Source: Oikopleura dioica (lineage: Eukaryota; Animalia; Chordata). From it: 64,000 bases of DNA. Of the stretch, positions 35,778 to 47,745 are shown piece after piece; the stretch's first letter is position 1, and the number at the start of each line of letters is the position of its first letter. The stretch spans positions 7,378,001 through 7,442,000 of the forward strand of contig OU015566.1 of the NCBI GenBank assembly GCA_907165135.1, in the 5' to 3' direction. The notes under the pieces are model-generated. The model had not been told where the DNA came from. It worked only from the letters and a program-made list of their open reading frames with translations, and did not search any database. A program made the position numbers and the translations under genes.

Positions 35778-37249
35778 CTAAACGAGTTTGTGTAATGACG
35801 CGAGAATAAACGGAAATGAATGGTGGTTGTCTTTAATTATACTTTTCATTGTTTGCTCAAATAACGACCCTATAACTTCCTACGTACGACTCTTTTCCAT
35901 GACTAATGAACTTTGTTGCTACGTTATTTACAATTTCATTTGTCAATTTTTGGGCGTAGCCGTTCTTGAGACAATTGAATCTACAGTCATTGCATGGCTA
36001 AATTACCTGTACTATCGAACTTCTTGACGACATTTGAAACATATTTCGCGAAGCTATTGTGCATATGAATACATTTAACAGGCCCGCCATTATAATTTCT
36101 GTATTCGTCCGAGTACATTCGTATAATTTCAGTAAATTCTTCCACAGGCGTAACCATACTTGCAGCTCTGAAACTCGATTTATTCATTTCCTCGAAGGAA
36201 AATTTCATTTTGAGGAAGTATGCGGTCGGCTTTCTTTTTAACATCACTCAAATAGCGCCTCTTATTGATGTTAGTTAGGAAAAAGGTAGGAAAAGGTAAG
36301 ACTATGATTGTTTTTACGGCTGAATACATACCTGAGCTGAGGAATCTGCTGTGTTTCTCTGTACATATTATAGTTGAATTCTCAATTGAAACATTCATAG
36401 GAACTCTTTTGTCTCTCCTGATGCATTTCAATTTTCCCAGTTTTTTTTGTATTTCTCTCTTTTTTGATATTATTTCATTTCATTCCACTAGATGAGGGCG
36501 CAGTAACTCTTTGCCCTAGGATAAAATCTTCCTATCGTAACATGTTATGCGTGGCTGGTTTTTCTGAGAAACGTTTGCTTTGTTTTATAGTAGCGTGGTC
36601 GTGAATAACCCCTCGAGCTGGACCTCCGCCAGAATGTTCTTTTGGACAATGTGCTTCTTAGAAACTAAGACTGAAAATAATGGTTAAATATTTACGCGTA
36701 GTGTTCGAACTTATCGAACTTCCTTAATCAAATTTGAATTGAAATGTGTTTGATTGAAAATCGCCTTGACTACCAGATTATCAATCGAGCCGATTGTTAT
36801 TGTTTTTTTATTTTATTTTATTTTATGAAATACTCAGTTGAAGAAATAGGAGTAGGAAAAGGCAGATGTTGCTCTTGAGTTTGCATAGGACCTGACATTA
36901 AGACTAAAAGAGTAAATATTAATTTTCCTAAGGGTATTGATGATAGGAATCTTGAAGGTCACACTTGGCTTTTTCAATAGAAATATCTGTTGACTATTTG
37001 ACCCACAGCTCCTAGAATCTCAAGATCTCTCTCCGTAGGATCATTTCCTGAGGATCCTAAGGAATGAAAGTACCTTGGATTCGTGTCTTGAACAAAGGTC
37101 GACTGTATAGGAAAAGAATAGTCATCCAATTCTGTTATCTCCTCAAATGCTTTTTTTATAGTTTGACGAGTGAATGAATGAGTGTGATTTTTCCTATACA
37201 ATTAAGCAAAAAAAACTTCCTATAGACTCTAGTGTAAGTTTTCAAAAGA

Positions 37250-38480
37250 TTAATCGGCTTTCTTAGTCGAACAATTTCCTTGGTCAACATCGAGAATCTC
37301 CTCATTCGTGTCGTCTTCCATCAAATTGCTAAAATTAAAAATGTCAAACAGCGGTCCTAGAAAATTTCTATAGGAGACAAGTATTTTGTCTGTCTTCGTT
37401 TTATAATGTCTTCATAATAAAAAGACGGTTTTCCTCTCAAAGACCTCACACGGTCTGCAAGACTTGTAAATGAATGAACTGATAGCCGGTTATAGATGTT
37501 AAAAGATTACCTGCCACCGTCATCAAAGTCATTGTCCATCCCCGCATCATCTATTTCCATTTCAATTTGCTCTATAAGCTCCTCTTCCCTGAAAATTTCG
37601 TCAACATAGAAATACTTCAACATAAAACGACATTTATTGGTAGTGAATATTGGGCAATGATTAGATGTACACCGACTCAGCGATTATAATTTCACACATT
37701 TCCTCGTCGTCTTCTTCATCCTCGTCGAATTCTTCTTCGTCATCGCCGTCGCTGTCGCCGCCGGATTCATCTGCTTCCTCGTCCGTGTCATCGTCGAGAT
37801 CAGCCTCGGCTTCAGAAACAACTTTTCTTGGTGAAAGTTATACGTAATTATTGTGTCAATCTGGCGGAAGTTGTAACGGCTAGGATGCGAGAAAAACGCG
37901 TAGGAATAAAAAAAAAAACATAAAAGAAACGATCACCACACATTCCAGTGTCCGACCCTGAAAGCGACTCAAGGTCGAGATTAGCAATCTCTTGTAAACG
38001 AAGATGCTCTCGTTCGAGTTCCTCATTTTCTTCTCCTAGATGACGGACATTCACCCTCCTCACGAATTCTTCGTCCAAGGACTGTGGGTCATCGTATTGG
38101 GGCCTTTGATATTTCTGAATTTCTGAGGTTGCTTCAAGTATTTGAAAAATTAACCCAGAACGATCCTGTAAGGCTGACAAGTCAAGCAAAATCGAAGCCA
38201 CATTCTTCCAGAAAATATCATCTTCAGCTCCTTTTTCAGCTGCCGCCTGAAATTTCAAAGAACACCAACGACTCAATGGTTGGTAGAAAACCTTAGCTTA
38301 TTTTTCTTTTTATTTTTCTTGATTGTCGCCGTAATTGAGCTTTGTGGTCTGATAGCTGGCTCGGGTTCATCACAGATTTCTTGTTTTTCTCTCCATAAAC
38401 TTCTTTAACATAATAGATTTTCCGCGTCATTTGACATTATTTTACCTGAAATATCTGCGAGTAAGATACTTTGAGTTCAT
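37250..38480 (-). CDS. Acidic orphan protein (multi-exon)
   Basis: MNSKYLTRRYFR|SLWREK...|AAEKGAEDDIFWKNVASILL... then DDDTDEEADESGGDSDGDDEEEFDEDEEDDEE and EEELIEQIEMEIDD, separated by short GT-AG introns; no family recognised. Confidence 0.5.
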
Positions 38481-38933
38481 AATAATGAAGCTTTCACTTG
38501 AATTTGCTCCGAATGAGCTCATTTGCCCTGATTGATTTTCAATGCGAACAAGAAAAGTCACTTTCAATTTTGAAAACAACGAAGACATATTAATCTAGTA
38601 GCAAAGTTTCAGTATGATTTTAATTTATTATCCAATAGTAAGTTCAGTATTTATTGCTGTCCCATCTCCGCGACGACTTTACCAGTTTCCTTGTTCCTAT
38701 TTTAATTAACAGTCTAGTTGATTCTTTCTTTAGTTACCGTATTTCAATTTTGATCGCGTTTTTCGCCGAAGAATCTGGCCGTAAAATTCCATCTTTTTTG
38801 GTTCCATCAATTTTATTGTTTTTCACACCTGGAAAGCTTTATTTTATCATGATTCGGTCTGCTAATTAGATTATTATGAAATATAGATGTCGTTTTAATT
38901 CCTAGCGTGTGAACGAGAAGAAATATCTAAGAT

Positions 38934-41900
38934 TTATAGTCCCAATCCTGAGCCCGTCTTCCAGACTGTGCCTCGCTCGGAAACTTGGCCTTCCGCAGGA
39001 ATAACGCCCTCGTCAGCATCCCGGGCAAGCTTGATCATTGAACTATCAATATTGAAGCTCATGGAAATTCGTTCTTAAAAGTTTCTTTACAAATTATTTC
39101 GATATTTTTTTACCTGTCATTTTCGCAAAACTATCTCTTAGCAAAACAAAAGCTCGAAAGAAAAGATGATTGATTTGTGTTCTTGTGGAGAAGAACTTTG
39201 GATTTTACTGTGCTGCGTGACTGTAAGGCGACTAACACGTAACTGAAGCGTCTTTCGTCACCTAGCCTTTCGCACACTGCGATTGTCTGATCATCATCAA
39301 AAATTACGACAAGTTTGCACCTTTACTTCACTGTCAGCGAGTAAATTTTGAAACTAATTTACGACGCTCACTATCACTTGCTTTATTTACAGTCAGATAC
39401 AGGAGCGCAGTTTCGATCAACCAAGCATAGAAGATAGTCGCATTGAATGATGACATTGCCATCTTCGTTGTTTGAAAATTGAAACGCTAGGAAGGAAAAT
39501 CGCGTCTTCTTTGTCTCCGGATCGCGCGGTAGAATTTCTACTGTATCGTCTAGTAGACAGCCATCTTCAATCATCGTCCAAATCACATTTGGTTGGTCTT
39601 CAGTAAATGCCCGGCAATTTGTTATCTTTTCGTGGCGTCAATGAATTTTCTAGAGCATTTTTGATAATGAATTGCTTTTGCAAATTTCAACACAGTTTTC
39701 CCCTCAAAAATTCCAAAGACCATGTATCATTTTGCTTACAATCCTCTAGCTGGTAATTCTAAACTAAAATTTAACCTATTTTGACATTGCGTGATTGATA
39801 ATTGACATCGTGTAGATAAATGTAGGAGTTTATTGCAGTTTGCTGAACGTTTTCGGTCGTGAGCTCTGATGATGGTCTCACGACCGAAAACGTTCAGCAA
39901 ACTGCAATAAACTCCTATATTTTGACATTATTTAGACTTCAAAAAAGTATTGATCGATCGTCTTCCGCAAAATAACGTTCTCAACCATTGGGCTTTCCGA
40001 GAAGATTTAATGGGTGCACCATTGCGCAAAGGTAACTAAAGTAGAAGTCAGTTGATCGCATACTGATTTTTAAAGGGGTCGTCTTCAAGCAAATCGAACT
40101 CAATCTCGACAATCTTTTACTGACACTTTTGTTCGTCACTTCTACCATCGGGTACTCAAGTTATGCCATAAGATCATTCTTCTGTACACAAAAAGAAGAG
40201 CCAAAACAAATAGTTCTACCGAAAAAGACGCCAAAAGAAGTTCCAACTAAAGAACCATCTGCTCATGGTGATACATGAAGAAATTTCCTCCCCATTCAAT
40301 TTTATATAATTTAATAAATTCTTGACGCATTCCTGAACTGTTGCGTTGTACTCAACCGAGGCTTGGGCATATATAACTTGATTGACATAGAGAGTAGTTG
40401 CTTCTACGGTGAAATCTTTGTCGACGAAAAGTTGCATGTCCATTCTCGGCGTGTATGTCTCCGTCTAGTTGAATTAGCATAAATGCTGAATAATTGACGA
40501 ACATACCTCAGCATTGAAGTACAACTCATCAATAGCATGGAACTCATCAGTCACTTCGAATTCGGTTTCAACAAGCTGCTCGCATTTTACTTCCAAATTC
40601 AGGTGTGGCATAACCGGTTTGATGACTGTCTCTTCGCTGATAAACGTCCTCAACACAGCTTTGTACTCAACCAGATCGCCATTTTCTCTAGGAACGATTC
40701 CACAGTCGGTAAATCCAATATCCCATCGCATATACGTTCCATTTCTCGATTCAGAAACAACCGAAGGGCACTTTTCATTATTGATAACGATATCATCAGC
40801 GGTGAGTCCATTGAGTTGACAAATCGGAATTTCAAGTGTCATGCTGTTCGAGTTGCACATGAAATTGGTAGATTGCTGCCGGTTGAAGCACTTTTTCCGG
40901 TCAAAAAGCGACGCGATTCGAGTAAAACTCATCCGCCAGATATTCATAAGCAAGTCTTCGTTTTCGTCTATGCATTGGCCTCCACCACAGATGGATGCAT
41001 CCAATTTGTCATTCACCCATTTGGAAGTGAGGACAAAAATCTTATCAGGAGAGGAGTTTTCGTAAGCAATGCCCTTTAGCGGATTTCTCAGAAGCCAGAG
41101 GAACACAGAAGCATTACTGTCGTCTGGAGAAATCGTCGAAATCGTGGTATCCGAAGAAGTCGTACAGAAATTAGGAGTCGTAAAGAGAGACCCAAGCGTT
41201 GTCATGTAGCTCGCGGAATTCGCCAGATCTACATCTACGTGAGCCAGCCCATCTCTTAGATAGATGATTCTGAAGCTTTTGACCGGCAAGTTTCCATCTA
41301 AAACGGAGAAAATCCCATTCAATGTCCTAGTAATAACACCAATGAATCGATTGTCTCCACAAACTCTGTCCCTTGTGTCAACTGCGATTGTTACATCCAA
41401 CGGACAAGTTTCTGCTGCCTTGCAAGTTTTCTCATCTTCGTCCAAAAATGAGCCACAAGGACAAGTGCATTCGATTTCGCCGAATCCTCTGTCGATACAT
41501 TTGTGCGAGCATCCGCCGTTATTGAACAAGCAACTCGAATCGAGCTGCTTTCGATTGCAGGCAATTTCTTTGTCAGAACTCCATCGAATCGGCGAAGCAG
41601 CAAACTCTTCATACATGCAATATCTTCTCGCTGGTCCGTTCAATTTATATCCAGCCGAGCAAAAGGCCTGACAAACGGAGCCAACAGAGTTATCAGAAGT
41701 GCAGAAGACCAGTCCATTTTCAAGCTCTCCGATTTCTTCGCAACTGTATTGTTTTTGCTCGTCTGTGTATTCAGGAACTTTTTCAGAGCCTTATTCAATC
41801 GTCTGCAAATGACTTTTGAGGCATCAATCTCTACTCCATTCGATAGGGTGCATTTTCCAACGATACTTTTTATCAGAAAAATAAACACGATTTTCTTCAT

Positions 41901-42462
41901 TTTTACTTTTGCTTATGTTTTTCTTCCACTGTTAGTTTTGTTTGAAGATTTGAGGTGGCGAAAAAGAGCACAATTACAGAAGCCTATTTTTTAATCTCCG
42001 TAAAGGTTGATAGCTCAGCGATGAATTTCATGCCCGACTTACCGTATTTGAAGTTGAATGTATTAGCTAAGAATTTTTTCTTGGGTTGGAATGTGGCAAT
42101 TAAAGAGAGCCCAAAACACACGTCCGCCGGTACGCTGCGTGTTTTAGCGGCCGTACACATCCACATCAGGTGATTTGATGATGTTCGAATGCCGGATGGC
42201 AGCTGGTGAACACCGCCACCACCACGAGTTTGGGTAATCTCGAGTAGCATTTTTTCACACGCGCTGAAATCGCTTTTCTTGAGAGAGAATTCAAGGAGCG
42301 CGCTTTTCTATAGAAAATATGGGCGAGAAGTACACTTGTGCCCAAACAGACGGGATTTGGGCACACACTACAGGCGACTACATGCGAGAGGCGATTTCCG
42401 CAGCTCCAAAGAGCTGAGAGAGCTTTGAAAAACAGAGAAACTTGGAGCTGAAAAAGCGTCAT
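38934..42462 (-). CDS. Secreted EGF-like + vWA-like + ZP-domain extracellular matrix protein (ends uncertain)
   Basis: CLFNNGGCSHKC...ECTCPCGSFLDEDEKTC (EGF); LDVTIAVD (vWA-like start); CNSNSMTLEIPIC...FTDCG...LEVKCE (ZP-N); WTMIEDGC...RFSFLAFQF...IIQCDYLLC (ZP-C). Confidence 0.8.
39823..39917. mobile_element. 95-bp perfect hairpin (mini-MITE) with TA ends, intronic
   Basis: TAGGAGTTTATTGCAGTTTGCTGAACGTTTTCGGTCGTGAG pairs perfectly with CTCACGACCGAAAACGTTCAGCAAACTGCAATAAACTCCTA around a short loop. Confidence 0.85.
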
Positions 42463-42894
42463 TTTATATTATGCAACTTGTTTTTAAGCCCCTATGGTTG
42501 CATAGTTTTAAAGTGATGTTGATTTTCTCCACTTATCGACAGAAAAAATGCCAAATAATTTGTTTAAAATAAACTTTATTCAACCACATGCATATAAAAT
42601 CCTTTTATAAATACAACTTCAAACTTCATCTGCCACAAGTTTTCCACAAGAACCATAAGTGTAGAAAAATCCAAAGAACGTAAACACGAAGCTCAGTACA
42701 AACCCTAAGATTTTCGAATTTACCATTTGCCAGCGAAAATGATTACTTACAGGCAATCATGGAGGTATAAATAGCGAGTTGAAGATTGATTCTAGCGTTG
42801 AACATCAAAACTTTCAAGGGTCGTCAAAACCTGTTTTTTCTCATCCCTTTTTGGTACTTGTCAATATATAGGCAAATAATGGCGACCCTCCCAA

Positions 42895-42966
42895 GCGTTG
42901 GTGGTGTAATGGTCAGCATTGATGCCTTCCAAGCATTAGATCCGGGTTCGATTCCCGGCCATCGCA
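42895..42966 (+). tRNA. tRNA-Gly (anticodon TCC)
   Basis: GCGTTGGTGGTGTAATGG...GATGC CTTCCAA GCATT...GGTTCGATTCCCGGCCATCGCA; cloverleaf with A/B boxes and a downstream TTTTTT Pol III terminator. Confidence 0.95.
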
Positions 42967-43105
42967 CACTTTTTTCATTCTTCCGAGCAATTTTACGACC
43001 CTTTCCTGAAATCCCTCGTTCCGGCAGTGGAGCAAAGTACATTACACAAGGCATTACAAGCAAATAGATGATTCCCTAAACAAATTTTAATATTTTTGAA
43101 GCATT

Positions 43106-44136
43106 TTAGCGCCGCGCTATTTGATTTACCAAGCAGGAGAGGATAAATTGGACCAAGACAGAGGCGCGGAAAAGGGCGAAATCGTCAGAATTGACTGTTC
43201 GGTCGGTGTCTTGCTGCCTCAGGTAAGAGATGATAAGGAGTAGGCAGGAGACGAAAGCTGCGAAGACGATGATGTAATTGATGGCCGTCAACAAGTTCCG
43301 CGCGAAAACTAAAGATGACAGTAATGGTAAACTGCTTTGAAAGAAAGGCAAATTGGAATAAATCGATAATATTAAACTCCATAGTATGGAGTCCATACTA
43401 TCCTAGAGCCAGACTGTTTTGCTTCGTCGATATGGCGTCAAGTTTATATAAACCTCCGCTAATAATTTTCAACAAATGTGGACCCGACAACAGACGGAAA
43501 CTTTTACAACTTACCGATACAACACATCCTGTTCTTCGAGCGCTTTCTAGTTCCCCGTCTTACATCATCCTCCTCCTCGTGAGGTCCACCTCGTTTTCTA
43601 AAAATTTCGAGCTTATTCTGAAATTCTTACGGTTGCATAAAAGGACTCGCTCCTTCAAAATCAATGTAGCGTTTTTCATGCGCTGGCGAATTTCAATTGA
43701 AAATCTGGCGCACCTGTATCGGGCAGGCGGGGATTCCATCTCGTCGACTTCTGTTCTGTCATCGGCGATGACTTTTGCTTTCTTCCAACTTTCGCAGCAG
43801 CAGATGATGTGCTTTCCTTTTGCGAAGATGCTTGAGGTGTAGTGGAGAATTGTAAGAAGCGCTAGAAAAAGATGGTTTTTCAAGTATCTAGCCCTCTTTC
43901 GGTGTTTTAGAATCTCTTCTTGATAAAAATTCTGTTATTATTTTGGTACCTGGGACAAGTTGAACCCAAGCAATCACAAAAATCGTCGAGTAAACATCTT
44001 GGAAGGGCTTCCCCGTGTGATAATTTCCATCACACTCCAAAAACGATCCATAAATCTCTGCCAAATTACTTGGCTCCTGCTCTTGCACAGTCGGTAAACT
44101 GGTAGTACTAGTAATAGCAGTGGTACTATTTGCCAT
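43106..44136 (-). CDS. Multi-pass membrane protein, family not recognised
   Basis: Consecutive ORF segments with hydrophobic helices (STIFVIAWVQLV; LFLALLTILHY; INYIIVFAAFVSCLLLIISYL; SVLVQFILSCLV) and an N-terminal N-x-S sequon. Confidence 0.5.
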
Positions 44137-44189
44137 TATACAAAAAGAACAACTTTCACAGCCTCTCCTCTGATTTTCGTACCTAGCAA

Positions 44190-44465
44190 CTACAAACTAC
44201 AACTGAGAAAAGCGAGCTGCTGATCAGTTTGATTTTCAGTGATTCTACTTTTGTGCTGGAATAAAACACTTTTGACTTTTTCTGTTTGCGATGCATTGTG
44301 ATCGGGAATCCGGTCGACAGGACGGATTTGCTCACTTTTCAGAGCAAAGTTGATTTTCGAAGCTGGACCCGTTGTCAACATAAAGGCGATTCTCCAGGGA
44401 ATTATGGAGAGGAACAAAGCAGACCGGATGTAGGAGGCGATAGTTGACTGATTTGCGGCCGACAA
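44190..44465 (-). CDS. Possible 91-aa protein
   Basis: Single ORF between neighbouring minus-strand genes; hydrophobic ALFLSIIPWRIAFML; no homology recognised. Confidence 0.3.
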   Translation of the reverse strand: MSAANQSTIASYIRSALFLSIIPWRIAFMLTTGPASKINFALKSEQIRPVDRIPDHNASQTEKVKSVLFQHKSRITENQTDQQLAFLSCSL

Positions 44466-44609
44466 TGAAAAGTACTTGGCGAGAAGTTCATAAATGACTT
44501 ACGAAATGTAAAGAAAGAGTTCAAATTTGTTATCATCATTTTATTCTTTTCTAAACGATTCAAAATCAGACCTTATGCAATAGTGGCGAACTAGCACCCA
44601 GGAAAATAA

Positions 44610-45504
44610 TCAATGAGTTTTGTAGACATCTTTGACAGTGAAGTAGGCCCGGCAGTTTGGACACTTCTTCTCATGGAGGGCCGCGATGCAGTAAAAGCAG
44701 AACTTGTGCGCGCAAGGGATAATGATTGCTTCTTGGCGGTCGTCATCGTAGGGATGTAGGCAGATCCTGCACTGATGTTTCTCGTTCACTTCATCGTGTC
44801 TTGCTTTCTTAGCTGCAGGCCATTCTGAATATAAAACTTATCATAATATGAAATCATAAAATATCTTTAAGATACCATGACGCTGAAAGGCAACTTTGGT
44901 AACAAGAAGCACTCGTTTTTCACTTTTTTCATGCAAACTCCTCAGTTTGCAGACGTTCAACGCAGTAGATTTGCATTTATCTTCTGCCGTTAAAACATTC
45001 TCTTGAGCTTTTTTCAATGATTCGCGCGCTGATCGCAGTTCTCTTTTGGCAAAGAAGGACGCTGTCAAAGAAGAATGTCTTTCTTTTTTCGTTTGTAGAT
45101 AGATCTTGTTGATTATTTCGTGCTCGTCTTTTGCAGCTTTCAAACTTATTAGTGTCAAGATTTTAAAGCAAAAAGTTACCAATAAAATCATAAGGTTCTT
45201 TCGCCAAAGCGGCCTCACAACAAGATCCAATGAAGAATTCTCGAAAAGAGAGTTTCTCCGCTCCACAGTTTTCTGCACGACATTTGAATGTTGCGTCCGA
45301 CTCTCGGAAAATGGTGTCTTCCTTCGGATAATTTAATTCCTTGCATCCCTCGCAGAATCTTCTTCCTCTGATCACACCCGTAGATTCGCATGGACTAAGG
45401 AACGCAATAAAAATGGGAAATAAAGAGGAATATTACTCGTCGCAGTTAAAACACTTTCCAAAGTTCCCGTACGACGTAACGAATTCTTCTAGCCGCCGAA
45501 ACAT
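44610..45504 (-). CDS. C3HC4 RING finger protein with Cys-rich N-terminus and coiled coil
   Basis: CRICLHPY...IIPCAHKFCFYCIAAL..KCPNCRAYF at the C-terminus; N-terminal FCEGC...CRAENC...IGSCCE; central heptad region. Confidence 0.8.
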
Positions 45505-45642
45505 TCTCTCGTGGGATTATATTCACTTATAATTTTATTGCCGGATCTCCCGAAATTTCTGACTTTTGCGCTTTTGTGATACATTAGTAGCAAGTCTAGA
45601 AATGAAACCATTGACACTGTTTTTTTTATGTTTCCGACAACT

Positions 45643-45907
45643 GGGGAGTCTATGTTCTCCGACCAGAGAAGTCGCAGAGAGTTCCCGAGGGTACCAAAAT
45701 GTAGCTTAGGGTCTGATCTGTGGCGTAGGGACACTGAGCAAATGTCAATGTCACGTGATCTTTGACAAATGACGTCATCAACCCGAAAATACCCGATTTC
45801 GCCAATTTTAACCTCATATTGGGAGTCTATGTTCTCGGAGTACAATCATCGTACAGCGTCTCAAAGGGGCTCAAATGAGAGCTAAAGCTCTATTCTGTGG
45901 CGTAGGG
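45643..45907. repeat. Degenerate ~180-bp tandem duplication
   Basis: GGGAGTCTATGTTCTC at ~45644 and 45821; TCTGTGGCGTAGGG at ~45717 and 45894. Confidence 0.5.
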
Positions 45908-46660
45908 GGGTTAAGATAATCTCAGGATATACTCATCCTTTTTTTACAGAGGGTCGATAATGACGTCGGAAACATAAAAAAAACAGTGTCATTGCTTCCA
46001 TCCACCAGGCCTTCAAAGCACCATCTTTCAAAACGGATCATCTAAATTTCCACGAGCGCTGATTGGCTACGCGTCGCCAATAAAACTGGCTTTCCAGCGC
46101 CAGCTCATCCTCGGTGGCAAATTAGAGAAAATTTACAAAATGAAAACTTGACAAATATCGGGGCACTCTCTCTTGCCCCTAACACTCGCCAGCACCGGAT
46201 CTCGCTAGCACTTTTCACTCGCCTGCACTTTCCTCGAAAGAAAGTGCAGGAGAGTTTTTGGTGCAGATGAGAGTCGGTGCAGGAGAGTCTTTCACTTTGC
46301 GTGGGCGGTGGAAAATATTTTTTTTTATAATTTACAATACTTGAAATTTTAAAATTTGTTTATATCAAATTTTGATAAATTACAGTACTTCGGAAAAGTA
46401 AATAAAGAAACCAGTAATGCATAAATAATTTCTTTATTTAGTTTCTTCTCGAGAAGCTGATTTTTTGCTCAAAAATATCCAGTCTCGTAGACTCAAACAA
46501 AAATTACTTCTATTTTTCTGAATAATTTATTGATTATTTACCGTTTCTTTGTAAAAATAACATTTTTATGTATAAAATTGTACACAAAAATAAATATGAG
46601 GAAAATTCATACCTTTCCTCACCCTTTATCCGCAGTCTTAGCATTTATTTCGGATTTCGC

Positions 46661-46710
46661 CGCACGCGCACGCACGTGCACGCGAGAATTTTGCGTTTTT
46701 TGGAACTCTG
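46661..46710. mobile_element. Terminal fragment of the CAGAGTTCCAAAA hAT-MITE family
   Basis: CGCACGCGCACG...GAGAATTTTGCGTTTTTTGGAACTCTG, nearly identical to the right end of the element at 10262-10795. Confidence 0.8.
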
Positions 46711-46718
46711 ATTCTTAA

Positions 46719-47470
46719 GGATATAGCCTATGAAATTGAACTTTCATAGCGCCCAAATGCGACGTCGGATCATTTTATTTCAAAAGCAATCCCAACTAAA
46801 AATGTACGCAAAACTCGATTATGGTACTTTTTTAAAATTTTTCATTTGAAATTCTCTCTGTAGAGCGTTTTGAAATCTTACGATCGCGATTTCTCGAAAT
46901 TTTTACATTAAATCGGTCGAGTTTTTTTGATAGAAAGGTAATCTAGACCCTTATCTACAAAATTGTGGTTTCGGTTTTCTCTAATTCCGACAAAAACCGA
47001 TTATAGAGCCATTTCCATGAGGCTTCCTCGGCGCGTGAATAGTGTAAAAAACGCTCCGCTGGGTGCTCAATCTCTCGACTCCTCTTTCCCGAGAGAAACT
47101 GCGCGTTTGAAAGAGCGCTCTGATTGGTTTGACCCAAAAAAGCGCGCATGGAAGAAAAACAGAAGCAAGAAAGAGGAAAACACTAGAATGAAAATTTGCC
47201 CGAGATTGAAAAATTTTCAGCCACAATATTCTAGTTTATCATTTTGCTAATGCAGTCATGGATTTTGTTTTAGCGATTTAATGTAAAAATTTCGAGAAAT
47301 CGCGATCGTAAGATTTCAAAACGCTCTACAGAGAGAATTTCAAATGAAAAATTTTAAAAAAGTACCATAATCGAGTTTTGCGTACATTTTTAGTTGGGAT
47401 TGCTTTTGAAATAAAATGATCCGACGTCGCATTTGGGCGCTATGAAAGTTCAATTTCATAGGCTATATCC
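46719..47470. mobile_element. Kolobok-like MITE with ~197-bp perfect TIRs
   Basis: TTAA at 46715-46718 and 47471-47474; termini GGATATAGCC...GGCTATATCC (RR..YY); arms 46719-46915 and 47274-47470 are reverse complements. Confidence 0.85.
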
Positions 47471-47745
47471 TTAATATGAGTAACAAAAAGTTCTACCAAA
47501 ATCAGGTTGAGAAAATTTTCTCACTAATAAATATATTCGATAAGTTCGCCCGCCCACGCAAAGTTAAAAACTCTCCTGCACCGACTCTCATCTGCACCAA
47601 AAACTCTTCTGCACTTTCTTGCTAAGAAAGCGCAGGTGAGTGAAAAGTGCTAGCGAGATCTGGTGCTAGCGAGTGTCTGGGGCAAGAGAGAGTGCTCCAC
47701 AAATATCGTTTTTACAACCAGTACTGCCCAATCGAATACTAGAAA

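Larger units (their letters stand above)
46160..47698. mobile_element. Non-autonomous Mutator (MULE)-like element hosting nested insertions
   Basis: ~150-bp TIRs (GGGGCACTCTCTCTTGCCCC... / ...GGGGCAAGAGAGAGTGCTCC); 9-bp TSD ACAAATATC at 46151-46159 and 47699-47707. Confidence 0.9.

Noticed and set aside
42786-43067. ORFs of 93 aa and 79 aa on both strands
   Set aside because: Overlap the tRNA-Gly gene; no coding signal.
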